The notes under the pieces: generated by a model
What the model was told of the DNA's origin: nothing
The model's input: the letters and a program-made list of their open reading frames with translations, nothing else
Databases searched by the model: none
Part shown: positions 33,359-43,500 of the stretch, in pieces
Layout of the letters: each line of letters begins with the position of its first letter
Numbering within the stretch: position 1 is the stretch's first letter
Assembly (NCBI GenBank): GCA_900547025.1
Contig: UREZ01000001.1
Location: forward strand, 15,287-79,286
Source: an uncultured Collinsella sp.
GTDB lineage: Bacteria; Actinomycetota; Coriobacteriia; Coriobacteriales; Coriobacteriaceae
Direction of reading: 5' to 3'
DNA length: 64,000 nt
Made by a program: the position numbers and the translations under genes

Positions 33359-33390
33359 TTTCCGAACAATTTTGTCTTAGTGTTCGGAAA
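33359..33390. promoter_or_regulatory. Inverted repeat upstream of larB, putative TetR operator
   Basis: tttccgaaca-N12-tgttcggaaa. Confidence 0.5.
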
Positions 33391-33435
33391 CATACCCTTT
33401 GAGTGCTAGACTTTGCGCCGTCGAAGGGAACATAT

Positions 33436-34218
33436 ATGGATAAGCAAGATCTTGAGCTGCTGCTGAGTGATGTTGCCGGCGGATCAGTCACCCCGGCCGA
33501 TGCCCTTACGCGCATCCAGACGGCTCCGACCGCCGATTTGGGCTTTGCGCAGCTCGATCTTTCGCGCGGAGTGCGCCAGGGAGCCGGCGAGGTTGTCTAC
33601 GGCGCCGGTAAAACCGCCGAGCAAATTGCCGCCATTATCAAAGCATTACTCGATGCCGGCCAGGAGCGCATCCTGGTCACGCGCCTGGATACCGAAAAAG
33701 CCGCGCGCACCGCTGAGCTTCTCGACAACGACATCGACCTGGGATATGTCCCGGACGCCCAGCTCGCCCTGGTGGGTGGCAAGCCCTCCCCCACCGGCAA
33801 CGGACGCGTTGTCGTCGCCTGCGCCGGCACGAGCGACCTGCCCGTCGCCGAAGAGGCGGCACTGACGGCCGAGTTCTACGGCAACGAGGTCGATCGCCTC
33901 TACGACGTGGGTGTCGCCGGCCTGCACCGCCTGCTCGCTCATGCTGAGGAACTTGCCCAGGCGCAGGTGGTCATCGCCATCGCCGGCATGGAAGGCGCCC
34001 TGGCGAGCGTAATCGGAGGCCTTGTGAGCTGTCCGGTCATCGCCGTCCCCACCAGTGTGGGCTATGGCGCGAGCTTTGGCGGCGTGGCCGCACTGCTCGC
34101 CATGCTCAACTCCTGCGCCAGCGGCGTTTCGGTCGTCAACATCGACAACGGCTTCGGTGCCGCCTACCAGGCAAGTCTTATCAATCATCTGAGCGCCGGC
34201 ACATCCCGCGCCCGCTAA
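33436..34218 (+). CDS. larB: Nickel-pincer cofactor biosynthesis protein LarB
   Basis: AGTSDLPVAEEA, DVGVAGLHRL, AGMEGAL, VPTSVGYG, VVNIDNGFGA. Confidence 0.95.
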   Translation: MDKQDLELLLSDVAGGSVTPADALTRIQTAPTADLGFAQLDLSRGVRQGAGEVVYGAGKTAEQIAAIIKALLDAGQERILVTRLDTEKAARTAELLDNDIDLGYVPDAQLALVGGKPSPTGNGRVVVACAGTSDLPVAEEAALTAEFYGNEVDRLYDVGVAGLHRLLAHAEELAQAQVVIAIAGMEGALASVIGGLVSCPVIAVPTSVGYGASFGGVAALLAMLNSCASGVSVVNIDNGFGAAYQASLINHLSAGTSRAR

Positions 34219-34228
34219 GGAGCATTTC

Positions 34229-35155
34229 ATGTCCAACCATCAGCACACGCTTATCATCGACGGCACCTCGGGCATCAGCGGCGACATGACCGTCGCGGCC
34301 CTGCTCGACCTGGGCGCCAGCGAGGAGCACCTGCGCGAACAGCTCGCCACGCTGCCGGTCGACGGCTTTGAGATTGCCGTGTCGCGCGTAAACAAGCATG
34401 GCATCGACGCCTGCGATTTCGACGTCCAGCTTGCAGAGGGGCTCGAGAACCACGACCACGACATGGCCTGGCTCTACGGCAACGAATCAGCTGCCGAGCA
34501 CGCACATGAGCATGAGCACCACCATCATGACCATCATGACCATGGTGAGCATGAACACGAGCACTGCCACGAGCATGACCATGAGGGCCACGGTCATGGC
34601 CACGAGGATCACCATCACGCCCACCACCATCACCACCGTTCTTTGGCAGACATCACCGACATCATCGATGGCTCGCAGCTAAGCGATGGCGCCAAGCGCC
34701 GCGCCCTCGCCATCTTTGCCGCGCTCGCCGCCGCCGAGGCCAAGGCCCACGGCAAAACGCCCGAGACCGTCATGTTCCACGAGGTGGGCGCCGTCGACTC
34801 CATCGTCGACGTCTGCTCTGTCGCCATCTGCCTCGATGACCTGGGTATCGAGGACATCGTGGTCGAGTCCCTCTCCGAGGGTCACGGCACCATCCACTGT
34901 GCCCACGGCCTCATGCCCATTCCCGTCCCCGCTGTCGTCAACCTGTGCCAGGCAGGCAATATCGCCCTCACGCCCGCACCGGTCGCCGGCGAGCTTGTGA
35001 CGCCCACGGGCGCCGCCATCGTCACCGCGCTGCGTACGTCCGACCAACTGCCCTCACGCTACCGCATCGAAGCCGTCGGCTACGGCGCCGGCAAGCGCCC
35101 CTACGAGGGCTGCTCCGGGACGCTCCGCTGTCTGCTCGTTGACGCGGACGCATAG
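34229..35155 (+). CDS. larC: LarC nickel-insertion protein, N-terminal part (LarC1) with His-rich segment
   Basis: SGISGDM, long His/Glu/Asp tract, FHEVGAVDSIVD, CAHG.MPIPVPA, ELVTPTGAAI; ends before the LarC2 domain. Confidence 0.9.
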   Translation: MSNHQHTLIIDGTSGISGDMTVAALLDLGASEEHLREQLATLPVDGFEIAVSRVNKHGIDACDFDVQLAEGLENHDHDMAWLYGNESAAEHAHEHEHHHHDHHDHGEHEHEHCHEHDHEGHGHGHEDHHHAHHHHHRSLADITDIIDGSQLSDGAKRRALAIFAALAAAEAKAHGKTPETVMFHEVGAVDSIVDVCSVAICLDDLGIEDIVVESLSEGHGTIHCAHGLMPIPVPAVVNLCQAGNIALTPAPVAGELVTPTGAAIVTALRTSDQLPSRYRIEAVGYGAGKRPYEGCSGTLRCLLVDADA

Positions 35156-35157
35156 CC

Positions 35158-35697
35158 ATGGATGCCCGCAAGGCCAAAAGCCGCGCCGCGATCGTCGCGG
35201 CGTTCTCCGAGCTGCTGCGCGAGGAGGACTACGGCAAGATCACCGTCGGCGACATCATCGCGCGCGCTCACGTAGGCCGTGCGACATTCTACGGCCTCTT
35301 CAAGAGCAAAGATGACCTACTGTCCGAACTCGTGAGCGACATCTGCACCCACGCCCTCGACGACGATGGCACACCGCTCGACGACCCACTCGTGCAGGTC
35401 GAGCATATCCTCAACAACCTCTGGGAGCGCCGCCAGGGCGTTCGAGCCCTCGTAGCCGGCGCCGGCTCACGCGTCTTCGCCGACTGCTTACGCAAGACCA
35501 TCATGTCACGAGCAGCCGAAACCGTCCCCGCCGACCCCACAGGCCCCGCCGGCACCATGGACCGCAGTTTCCTACTACACCACATAGCCTCAAGCTTCGT
35601 AGGAATGGTCCAATGGTGGGCCTGGCACAACTTCCAAGCAGATAAGGCCGATGTGGCAAAAGATTACCTATCAGCCATAAAACCCCTCTTCAACTAA
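35158..35697 (+). CDS. TetR/AcrR-family regulator
   Basis: ITVGDIIARAHVGRATFYGLFKSKDDLL; 2 nt after the larC stop. Confidence 0.9.
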   Translation: MDARKAKSRAAIVAAFSELLREEDYGKITVGDIIARAHVGRATFYGLFKSKDDLLSELVSDICTHALDDDGTPLDDPLVQVEHILNNLWERRQGVRALVAGAGSRVFADCLRKTIMSRAAETVPADPTGPAGTMDRSFLLHHIASSFVGMVQWWAWHNFQADKADVAKDYLSAIKPLFN

Positions 35698-35856
35698 GTA
35701 AGTAAGCCTCTCATCCCAAAGCACCGCCCCACCCCAAGGCGCCACGCATCCCAAAGTGTCACTCGCACCTCAAAGCGCCTAACAACAAAGTGCCCACCAC
35801 ATCCAAATTCAGATATATATGTTGGTTGCTTGTTCGAACGCAACTGGATTCCCGCA

Positions 35857-35983
35857 GGGTCCGGCATAGGTTAACTTTCCGCCGCACTCCGCAGGACGCA
35901 AGAAGCTCCCGCCGCACGAAGTGCGCAGCGGGAGCTTCTTGCATGTCCGAGGACGCGGCGGAAAGTTAACCTATGCCGGACCC
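35857..35983. repeat. 127-bp long palindrome (REPIN-like), family member 1
   Basis: 27-bp perfect outer arms; gcactccgcag/cgaggacgc bulged core; c-gaa-g apex. Confidence 0.8.
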
Positions 35984-36007
35984 GGGCGTTATATCAATTG
36001 TCTTGGA

Positions 36008-36739
36008 CTAGAACATGCCCAAGAAACCGTGCACAAACAGCGCGGCCAGAGCGGCACCGACAAACGGCGCGATGCCAGGAACGAGCAGGCCGTACTTCCA
36101 GTTGTTGTCGGCCTTGTTCTTGATCGGCAGCACCTGATAGGCCATGCGAGGACCAAGGTCACGAGCCTGGTTCATGGCGAAGCCAGTGATGCCGCCCATG
36201 CCCATACCAACGGCCCAAACGATCAGACCGACGCAGATAGCGAGCATCAGAACGTTCTCGCCGGCGCGGCTAGCGGCAGCAAGGATGGCGCTGATGAACA
36301 CAAAGGTGCAGATAGCCTCGCAGAAGAAGTTACGGGCATAGTTCGTACCCTCGGTGGTGGGGTTGGTCGAGAAGATGTTGCGCTGGGCAATGGGGTCGAC
36401 GACGCCCTCGGAAGCCTTGAACTCATCGGCATACATAAGCCAAGCGATTACGGCGCCCACAAAGCCGCCGAGCATATCGGCAATCATGAAGGGGATGCAG
36501 CTGCTCCACGGCACCAGGCCTACGATGCACTGGGCAAGCACCATAGCCGGGTTCATGCACACGGCGCCGCCAAAGACAAACAGGCAGACCGAGATGCCAA
36601 AAGACCAGGTGGTGATGGCAAACATATGGCCGGAGCCCTGATACTTGGTGCCCTTGAGCACGGTATCGCAGTGCACGCCCACGCCAAAGATGATCATGAG
36701 GGCCGTTGCGCCGAATTCGCAGAGGAGTTTGGTAAGCAT
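36008..36739 (-). CDS. MIP/aquaglyceroporin, LarD-like lactic acid channel
   Basis: MNPA and MNQARDLGPR motifs; directly downstream of larA. Confidence 0.9.
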   Translation of the reverse strand: MLTKLLCEFGATALMIIFGVGVHCDTVLKGTKYQGSGHMFAITTWSFGISVCLFVFGGAVCMNPAMVLAQCIVGLVPWSSCIPFMIADMLGGFVGAVIAWLMYADEFKASEGVVDPIAQRNIFSTNPTTEGTNYARNFFCEAICTFVFISAILAAASRAGENVLMLAICVGLIVWAVGMGMGGITGFAMNQARDLGPRMAYQVLPIKNKADNNWKYGLLVPGIAPFVGAALAALFVHGFLGMF

Positions 36740-36788
36740 AAAACCTTATCTTTCTTGTCGGTTATAAACGATTCGTTTAGGCCGCGCA

Positions 36789-38066
36789 CTAGTGCTGCGC
36801 GACAACAACGCCCAGACCATCGGGAATAACTGCTACCTTGGCATCGGCACCCTTCATCTCAAAGGCGAGCTTGAGCGCCTCCTCGATAGTGTTGACCGGC
36901 GTCATGTGCATATCCTTGAGCATCTGGTGATCGCACAGGTCGGTGACCATGATCACAGGGTGATGCGCCAGAATGCGGGCGAAGATTTGGCTCGTCCACT
37001 GATCGGGCAGGGTCTCGTCCTTAGGACGATCGATGCAGGCGCGCTCAAACTCCGCCGGATCGTTGTCGGCGATGTTGTGATAGAAGCCCTCGCCACCGTG
37101 ACCGTCGGCACAACCGGCGACGTCGATGATCACGCCACCCTCGGGAAGCGTAGCCTCGGCAGAGCACATGCCCTTCACGGCCTGGTAGATGTTCTGGTCG
37201 AGCGGGTAGCCGCCGTTGGTGGTGATGGCGATCTCGCACTCGACGGGCTCAACGCCGGCAAGGCTCTTCACGAACTCGCAGCCAGCCTCGTGCGCCTTGT
37301 GGATGTCGCCGGCAAAGGAGCCGATGACCTCGTGCTTGCCGTTGAGCACCACGTTGAGCACAAAGGCAAGGTGAGCCATCTCGGCAGCGGCAAACATATC
37401 CTCGCTCACGTGGTTGTGGCACAGGTTGCCGGCACGCGAATGGGAATCGTTCACAAACTGACCGTTGTGGTTGTACATGATGGTCTTGTAGCTGGCGATA
37501 CCAGGCAGGACGGACTTGCGGCTACCAGAGAAACCGGCAAAGAAGTGCGGCTCAATAAAGCCCTCGGCAAGCAGCAGATCGCAATCGACGGCAATCTTGT
37601 TGATGATGCACTCGCCACCAGAAGGCAGGGTGCCGATCTTTTTCATCATGCTGTCATCAGTCGCGACGTGCATAACGATTTCCTCGTTGGCAACGATCTC
37701 CTCGCCGTACTTGTTGACGAGCTCCTCGTGCGTCGACGGACGGTGCATACCCGTAGCAACCAAAATACGCACACGAGCCTCGGGCGCAGCGGAGTGGATG
37801 TGATGCAGCAGAATAGGCATCGTCACACGCGAGGGAACGGGACGCGTATGGTCGGAGCTAATGATGACAATATCCTTCTTGCCAGCACAAAGCTCCTCGA
37901 GCGAAGGCGAGCCATAAGGGTTGGCAAGCGACTCCTCTACCAGCTCTTCCTGCGATTTCGTGGTCTTAAACTCGTTTTGATGACCCTCCATCACACCAGC
38001 GAAGTTCTTATCCTCGAGCTCCAGATGCAACGTCTTGTGGTCAAACGGCAGTTCACATTCAAACAA
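36789..38066 (-). CDS. larA: Nickel-dependent lactate racemase family protein
   Basis: SDHTRPVPS, ATGMHR, IEPHFFAGFSGSRKS, GYPLDQNIYQAVKG, PDQW; probable TTG start at 38066 with gaaagga RBS. Confidence 0.93.
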   Translation of the reverse strand: MFECELPFDHKTLHLELEDKNFAGVMEGHQNEFKTTKSQEELVEESLANPYGSPSLEELCAGKKDIVIISSDHTRPVPSRVTMPILLHHIHSAAPEARVRILVATGMHRPSTHEELVNKYGEEIVANEEIVMHVATDDSMMKKIGTLPSGGECIINKIAVDCDLLLAEGFIEPHFFAGFSGSRKSVLPGIASYKTIMYNHNGQFVNDSHSRAGNLCHNHVSEDMFAAAEMAHLAFVLNVVLNGKHEVIGSFAGDIHKAHEAGCEFVKSLAGVEPVECEIAITTNGGYPLDQNIYQAVKGMCSAEATLPEGGVIIDVAGCADGHGGEGFYHNIADNDPAEFERACIDRPKDETLPDQWTSQIFARILAHHPVIMVTDLCDHQMLKDMHMTPVNTIEEALKLAFEMKGADAKVAVIPDGLGVVVAQH

Positions 38067-38670
38067 TGACGAGCGCCCTCTTCCTTTCAACTGACACACT
38101 AGATAAACCGTTGGAAGGATACGCCGCTCACCGAAAAACGCCACCGTCCACCGAGTCATTAACACAACGTTCATATTTGACCTACAACAAAACAGCCGCG
38201 ATCCCAAACGGGACCGCAACCGCCTGTAAAAGACACAATAGACAGGATGACTTACGCAGCGCCGAGGCAAACATCTACCCCGAGATGTACGCACGTAAGC
38301 CATTTTGCATAAATGCGTTAATTAATTGCATAAGATGGCGCAAGGATTTCTAGCCGTAACAGGGTGGTACCCTCCGGAGCGTGCATTTTTGCGAGTATTC
38401 AGCATCGCGGGATAAGATTTTGGTGTCAAAAGTCTTTCAAAAGGTAGATAGTCCTCATGACTCGTCCCATCTGGATAGCATGCGGCGAGAAACCAGCCAT
38501 ATATGAACATCGCCAAAGCCCAATCGTCGTGCAAAAGCATCAACAGGGGCCGCGAACGTCACCCATAGCCTTATGCACCAATCTTTGGCTGCTGAAAACT
38601 CCGTTTTTTGCACGTCGTCCCAAGCACCACCCTCACCCAGCGGCTGATCCGCCGTAAACCGAGGGCGAAA

Positions 38671-38904
38671 GGACCCGACGGGTTTCCCTCTGAATGCATT
38701 CCGCAGCACGAAGCCCTTTCCAAACGCGCGGAGCGCGCCATTAATTCCCCCAGCAGTAATCCGCTGAAGACCGGACATCGCAGGGCCCGCCATTAGTTTA
38801 CTTTTAGGCACACTCCGCAGGACGCAAAAGCCCTCGCCGCACTCCGCATCAGGCGCGAAGCGCGCCTAATTCTCTTCAGCCCCAATCCCTGAAGAACGAG
38901 GACG
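38671..38904. repeat. Degenerate or partial copies of the 127-bp palindrome family
   Basis: 38671-38717 nearly duplicates the left arm of 38907-39033; cactccgcaggacgcaa at 38811; gcgc-gaa-gcgc apex; cgaggacg at 38897. Confidence 0.65.
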
Positions 38905-38906
38905 AA

Positions 38907-39033
38907 GGGACCCGATGGGTTTCCCTCTGAATGCACTCCGCAGCACGAAGCCCCCTTATCCGCAGCTCCGAAGGAGCAGGATAAGGGGGCTTCAAGTGCG
39001 AGGACGCATTCAGAGGGAAACCCATCGGGCCCC
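38907..39033. repeat. 127-bp long palindrome (REPIN-like), family member 2
   Basis: different arm sequence from member 1 but same length, same gcactccgcag/cgaggacgc core and c-gaa-g apex. Confidence 0.8.
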
Positions 39034-39056
39034 GGTGAGAACCACAGGGCTATCGA

Positions 39057-41870
39057 TTACCCCGTGTTCTGCAGTCCTGCCGAGACGCCGGTCACAGTCG
39101 AAAGAATCAGGCTCATGTACTCGGCCTTCTTCTCCTCGGCCATCTCGTCCTGGTTCATACGCACCTCGCGGAGGGCGCGGACCTGGGCAATGGACAGGGC
39201 GTCGACATAGGGGTTACGCACGCGGACGGCGCAGCCGAGCACGCGACGGCGCTGCAGCGGCCACTCGTCACCGACGATGGCAAGAACCCACTTACGCGTG
39301 AGCTGCATCTCGGTGAAGACCTTCTTGGACAGATCCTGGCGGTCGCCCAGGTGCAGATACATCTTGGCGATGCGCTGGTCGGTCTTGGCAATCGACATCT
39401 CGATGTTGTCGATAAAGGTGCGGAAGAACGGCCACTCCTGGTAGGCAGCCTTAAGCTGGTCCAGATCGCCAAACTGCTCGCAGGCGGTGCCCAGGCCGTA
39501 CCAAGCGGCCAGATTGATGCGTGCCTGGCTCCAGCTGAAGATCCACGGAATGGTACGCAGGTCGTCGAGCGACTTGGCACCCAAGCCGCGCTTGGCAGGA
39601 CGCGAGCCAATCGGCAGCAGACCGACCTCGGTCAGCGGCGTCACGGTCGAGAACCACGGCGTAAAGTCCTCGGTATTCAGCAGGTCCAGATAGCGCTCGT
39701 GGCTTGCGGCGTTGAGCTTCTCGGCCATATCCCAGAACTTCTGCGTGGTCTCGGTGTTGGTCTTCTCGACGCTCGGGGCCGACTGCAAAAGCGTTGCGGC
39801 GGCAACGGACTCAACATGGCGCTGAGCCAGCGTGCGGTTGCCGTAACGGGCAAAGATAACCTCGCCCTGCTCGGTGAGCTTAAAGAAGCAGTTGACCGAA
39901 CCCTTAGGCTGCGCCAGCACGGCCTTGTTGGCCGGGCCGCCGCCACGGCCCACGGCACCGCCGCGACCGTGCATGAGCACCAGGTCGATATCGTTCTTCT
40001 CGGCCCACTTGGCAATGCGCTCCTGCGCAGAGTGCAGCGCGAGCATAGCCGTGGTAGGACCGGCATCCTTGGAGGAGTCGGAATAGCCCAGCATGACCTC
40101 CATGCGGCGGTTGGTCTGGGCAAGGCGCTTTTGCACCACGGGCAGCGTAAGCATCTGGTCGAGCACGTCGACGCAACCCTCGAGATCCTCGAGCTGCTCG
40201 AACAGCGGAATCACGTCGAGCTCAGGGACATCCTCCTCGTGTGCAAAGGACAGGTGGGCAAGCTCAAAGACGTCGGCCACATGCTGGGCGCTCTTGGTGA
40301 ACGAGATGATGTAGCGGTGAGCCATTTTCTTGCCGTAGCGCTTTTGGATGGAGCCGATAGCACGGAAGGTATCGATGACCTCGCGCGTCATGGGCTGCAG
40401 ATCGCCATGGATACCATTCTCGTGGATATCCTTGAGGGCGCGGGCATGCACCACGGAGTGCTGACGGAACTCCATCTCGACCATATGGAAGCCGAAGGAC
40501 TCGACCTGCCAGATGATGGTCTGCACCGGACCGTAGGCGGCACGGACGGCACCGCAGGCAGCCAGCGAACGCTGGACGACGCGCAAGTCCTCCAGGAACT
40601 CATCGGCGCTGTGGTACATGGTGTCGGTGATGCGGCGCACGGTGGCGTTCAGGCGGTCGGCCATGACGAGCATGACGGCGCGATGCGGCTCGTGCTCGGA
40701 GATCAGCTCGGCGCGGGCCGTGTACCGAGGGCTCATCTCGACCTGATGGTTCCACAGGTTAATGAGCTCGGCAGAAGGTTTGCTGTAGGTAGCCTCGAGC
40801 GTGAGGTTGCGGCCGATGCGGCGGCACTTGTCCTCGAGCTTGAGCACCATGTGCGTAAAGTACTTGGCGGCGACCTCACGGCTCACCTTGGCGGTGACGT
40901 TGGGGTTACCGTCGCGGTCGGAACCGATCCAGCTGCCGGGATGGAAGAACGCCGGGCACAGCGGCGGCACAGTACCGGCCTTGTCGCCCAGCACCCAATC
41001 GTCAAAACGACGATAGATAACGGGGATAACGTCGAACAGCGTGTTATCGAAGATGTCGATGATGGTATCGGCTTCCTCGACCGGCGTGGGCTTCTTGAGC
41101 GCGATGGGGCTCGTACGCACCAGGGCGTCGATCTCCTGCAGCATATGGCGCTCGTTCTCCACCAGGTCGGAGCCGCCCAAACGCGGACGCTCCTCCAGCA
41201 GGTTGGAGATACGGCGAATCTTGCCCTCGACGGCCTTACGACGGGCCTCGGTGGGATGTGCGGTAAAGACAGGGTGGAACTCGAGCTTGCCGAGCAGCTC
41301 ATTGGCACCCTCGACGCCCATCTCGTTTACCAACTGGTGATAGGCGACGGTGAGTTCGTTGGCGGGATCGACCTCGGTATCGGTCGATGCGCCGGCCTCG
41401 CGCTCGCGCAGCTGCGCCACACGGTAGTTCTCCTCCGACAGGTTTGCCAAGTGGAAGAAGCTCGTAAAGGCGCGAACGATGACCTGCTGCTTATCAAGCG
41501 GCAGGCTGTCAATCAGATCGACGACTTCGCGAAACGCCACGGCGGTGGGCTCGTCGGCAGTGGGCACGCCCTGTTCGTCAACGGACTCGTCGGCAGCGCG
41601 GCTACCGGGGTTGCCAGCATTGGCCACAAACTCGGCTGTCAAAATCTTGTCGAACAGGTCCGCGATCTCGGGATCATACTCGCTAAGCACACGACGTTCC
41701 AGGCGCAGGAACAGCGCCAGATTATCGCGCAGCTCCTCGGGGATCTCGATCTCGGCGAGACGCTCCCTGGACTCGGCATTCGAGCCGATTCGGTTAACGA
41801 GGCGGTTGACCACGGCAGCGACGCGCGCCGCGGTTTCGGGTACAGACTGGTTGCTTAGGTTCTCAGCCAC
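39057..41870 (-). CDS. ppc: Phosphoenolpyruvate carboxylase
   Basis: VFTAHPTE, SWIGSDRDGNP, VMLGYSDSSKDAG, HGRGGAVGRGGGP, LRTIPW, C-terminal QNTG; GTG start with ggagg RBS. Confidence 0.97.
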   Translation of the reverse strand: MAENLSNQSVPETAARVAAVVNRLVNRIGSNAESRERLAEIEIPEELRDNLALFLRLERRVLSEYDPEIADLFDKILTAEFVANAGNPGSRAADESVDEQGVPTADEPTAVAFREVVDLIDSLPLDKQQVIVRAFTSFFHLANLSEENYRVAQLREREAGASTDTEVDPANELTVAYHQLVNEMGVEGANELLGKLEFHPVFTAHPTEARRKAVEGKIRRISNLLEERPRLGGSDLVENERHMLQEIDALVRTSPIALKKPTPVEEADTIIDIFDNTLFDVIPVIYRRFDDWVLGDKAGTVPPLCPAFFHPGSWIGSDRDGNPNVTAKVSREVAAKYFTHMVLKLEDKCRRIGRNLTLEATYSKPSAELINLWNHQVEMSPRYTARAELISEHEPHRAVMLVMADRLNATVRRITDTMYHSADEFLEDLRVVQRSLAACGAVRAAYGPVQTIIWQVESFGFHMVEMEFRQHSVVHARALKDIHENGIHGDLQPMTREVIDTFRAIGSIQKRYGKKMAHRYIISFTKSAQHVADVFELAHLSFAHEEDVPELDVIPLFEQLEDLEGCVDVLDQMLTLPVVQKRLAQTNRRMEVMLGYSDSSKDAGPTTAMLALHSAQERIAKWAEKNDIDLVLMHGRGGAVGRGGGPANKAVLAQPKGSVNCFFKLTEQGEVIFARYGNRTLAQRHVESVAAATLLQSAPSVEKTNTETTQKFWDMAEKLNAASHERYLDLLNTEDFTPWFSTVTPLTEVGLLPIGSRPAKRGLGAKSLDDLRTIPWIFSWSQARINLAAWYGLGTACEQFGDLDQLKAAYQEWPFFRTFIDNIEMSIAKTDQRIAKMYLHLGDRQDLSKKVFTEMQLTRKWVLAIVGDEWPLQRRRVLGCAVRVRNPYVDALSIAQVRALREVRMNQDEMAEEKKAEYMSLILSTVTGVSAGLQNTG

Positions 41871-42128
41871 GTTTCCTCCCATTCCTCCTTCTATGCACGT
41901 AACATGCGGTATTCATTATAGGCGCTTGAGAAATACTTTCGACACTGATTGCGCTTTACCACACAAAAGTATTTTCTGCATTGCAAGGGTTTTTGCTCTA
42001 AATGGTCGTATTTCTCGGTGGACGGCATACACAAACGGGGGCATTCCGCATAAATGCGAAACACCCCCGTAACAATCGCTCGTCGCGAGCGGGACATGTT
42101 AGCGGGTCTGCAGCTCAAAAATCATGCG

Positions 42129-43442
42129 CTACAGACGCTCGCGAACCGCCTCGACGACGTTGGCCAGATCGACGAGAACCTCGTCATGGCTCTCCATGTC
42201 GCGCACCTTGACCTTGCCGGCGGCAAGCTCGTCGCCGCCCAGGACCAGGATGAGCTTGGCGCCTACCTTATCGGCCTGCTTAAACTGGGCCTTGAGCGAA
42301 CGGCCCTGATAGTCGGCCTCGGTCACGATGCCTGCGGCGCGAAGCTCCTGCGTAATGGCAAAGACGTTCTGGCGCAGTTCCTTGCCGGCATTGGCGACAT
42401 AGACGCACGGGGCCTCATCGGCACCCAGATCGCTGCCAAAGGCCTGCAGGGCCAGCAGGGCGCGCTCAAAACCGACAGCAAAGCCGACGCCCGCCGTGGG
42501 CTTGCCACCTTCGAGCTCGACCAGGCCATCGTAGCGACCGCCGCCGCCGATGGAGCCGACGCCGGCGCCAGGGGCCTCGACCTCAAAGACGGTGCGGGTG
42601 TAGTAGTCCAGACCACGCACCAGGGTGGGATCCTCTACATACTCGATACCGGCAGCATCCAGATAGCGCTTGACCTGCTCGTAGTGCTCGCGGCACTCGT
42701 CGCACAGGTTGTCGCCCATCAGCGGGGCGTCGGCCATGATCTCACGGCAATGGTCGTTCTTGCAGTCGAAGGCGCGCAGCGGGTTGAGCTCGGCGCGCTC
42801 GCGGCACTCATCGCACATCTCGTCGGCGTGATCGAGGATAAACTGCTTGACCTGCTCGCGGTATGCCGGACGGCACTGCGCATCGCCCATCGAGTTAATA
42901 AGCAAACGGAGCTTGGACAGATCGAAGCCCAGGCGTTTGTAGAACTCCATGAGCATGATGATGCACTCGGCGTCGGCAGCCGGATCGGGAGCGCCGAGCC
43001 ACTCGATACCCACCTGGTGGAACTGGCGCAGGCGACCCTTCTGGGGACGCTCGCCACGGAACATGGCCTCGGCGTAATAGGCCTTAAACGGCGTGGAGCC
43101 CTGGGGCACTAGGTTGTTCTCCACGACGGCGCGCACCACACCGGCCGTGCCCTCGGGACGAAGGGCCAGGCGCTGCTTGGGCTTAAGCTTGGTATCGGTG
43201 CCCTCGGTAAAGACGCGCTCCAGGTTGGCGCCGCTAAACACGCGGAACATTTCCTTGCGCACGACGTCGGTCGACTGGCCGATACCGTGGACAAACACGT
43301 CCACCTGCTCGATCGCGGGCGTCTCGATGGGTTTAAAACCAAACGGCTCGAACACGCCGGCCGCAATCTGCTGCATCTTTTGCCAGGCGCGCATCTCGGC
43401 GCCGATAAGGTCGCGGGTTCCCTCCGCCTTCTGTGCCTGCAT
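42129..43442 (-). CDS. hisS: Histidine-tRNA ligase
   Basis: LRPEGTAG, FRGERPQKGRLRQFHQ, LVRGLDYY, GGGRYDGL. Confidence 0.97.
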   Translation of the reverse strand: MQAQKAEGTRDLIGAEMRAWQKMQQIAAGVFEPFGFKPIETPAIEQVDVFVHGIGQSTDVVRKEMFRVFSGANLERVFTEGTDTKLKPKQRLALRPEGTAGVVRAVVENNLVPQGSTPFKAYYAEAMFRGERPQKGRLRQFHQVGIEWLGAPDPAADAECIIMLMEFYKRLGFDLSKLRLLINSMGDAQCRPAYREQVKQFILDHADEMCDECRERAELNPLRAFDCKNDHCREIMADAPLMGDNLCDECREHYEQVKRYLDAAGIEYVEDPTLVRGLDYYTRTVFEVEAPGAGVGSIGGGGRYDGLVELEGGKPTAGVGFAVGFERALLALQAFGSDLGADEAPCVYVANAGKELRQNVFAITQELRAAGIVTEADYQGRSLKAQFKQADKVGAKLILVLGGDELAAGKVKVRDMESHDEVLVDLANVVEAVRERL

Positions 43443-43500
43443 GGGCAAACACCTTTCTTTTGTATCGCGTCATAGGTAACGGTCATTATACGGCACAAAT

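Noticed and set aside
34498..34636. cat/cac/gag low-complexity repeats
   Set aside because: They encode the His-rich Ni-binding tract typical of LarC; not a separate element.
35100..35200. Programmed frameshift from larC1 into larC2
   Set aside because: The downstream frame encodes a TetR protein, not a LarC2 domain.
38322..38811. Short ORFs upstream of larA
   Set aside because: No recognisable domain and they overlap repeat remnants; not supportable as genes.
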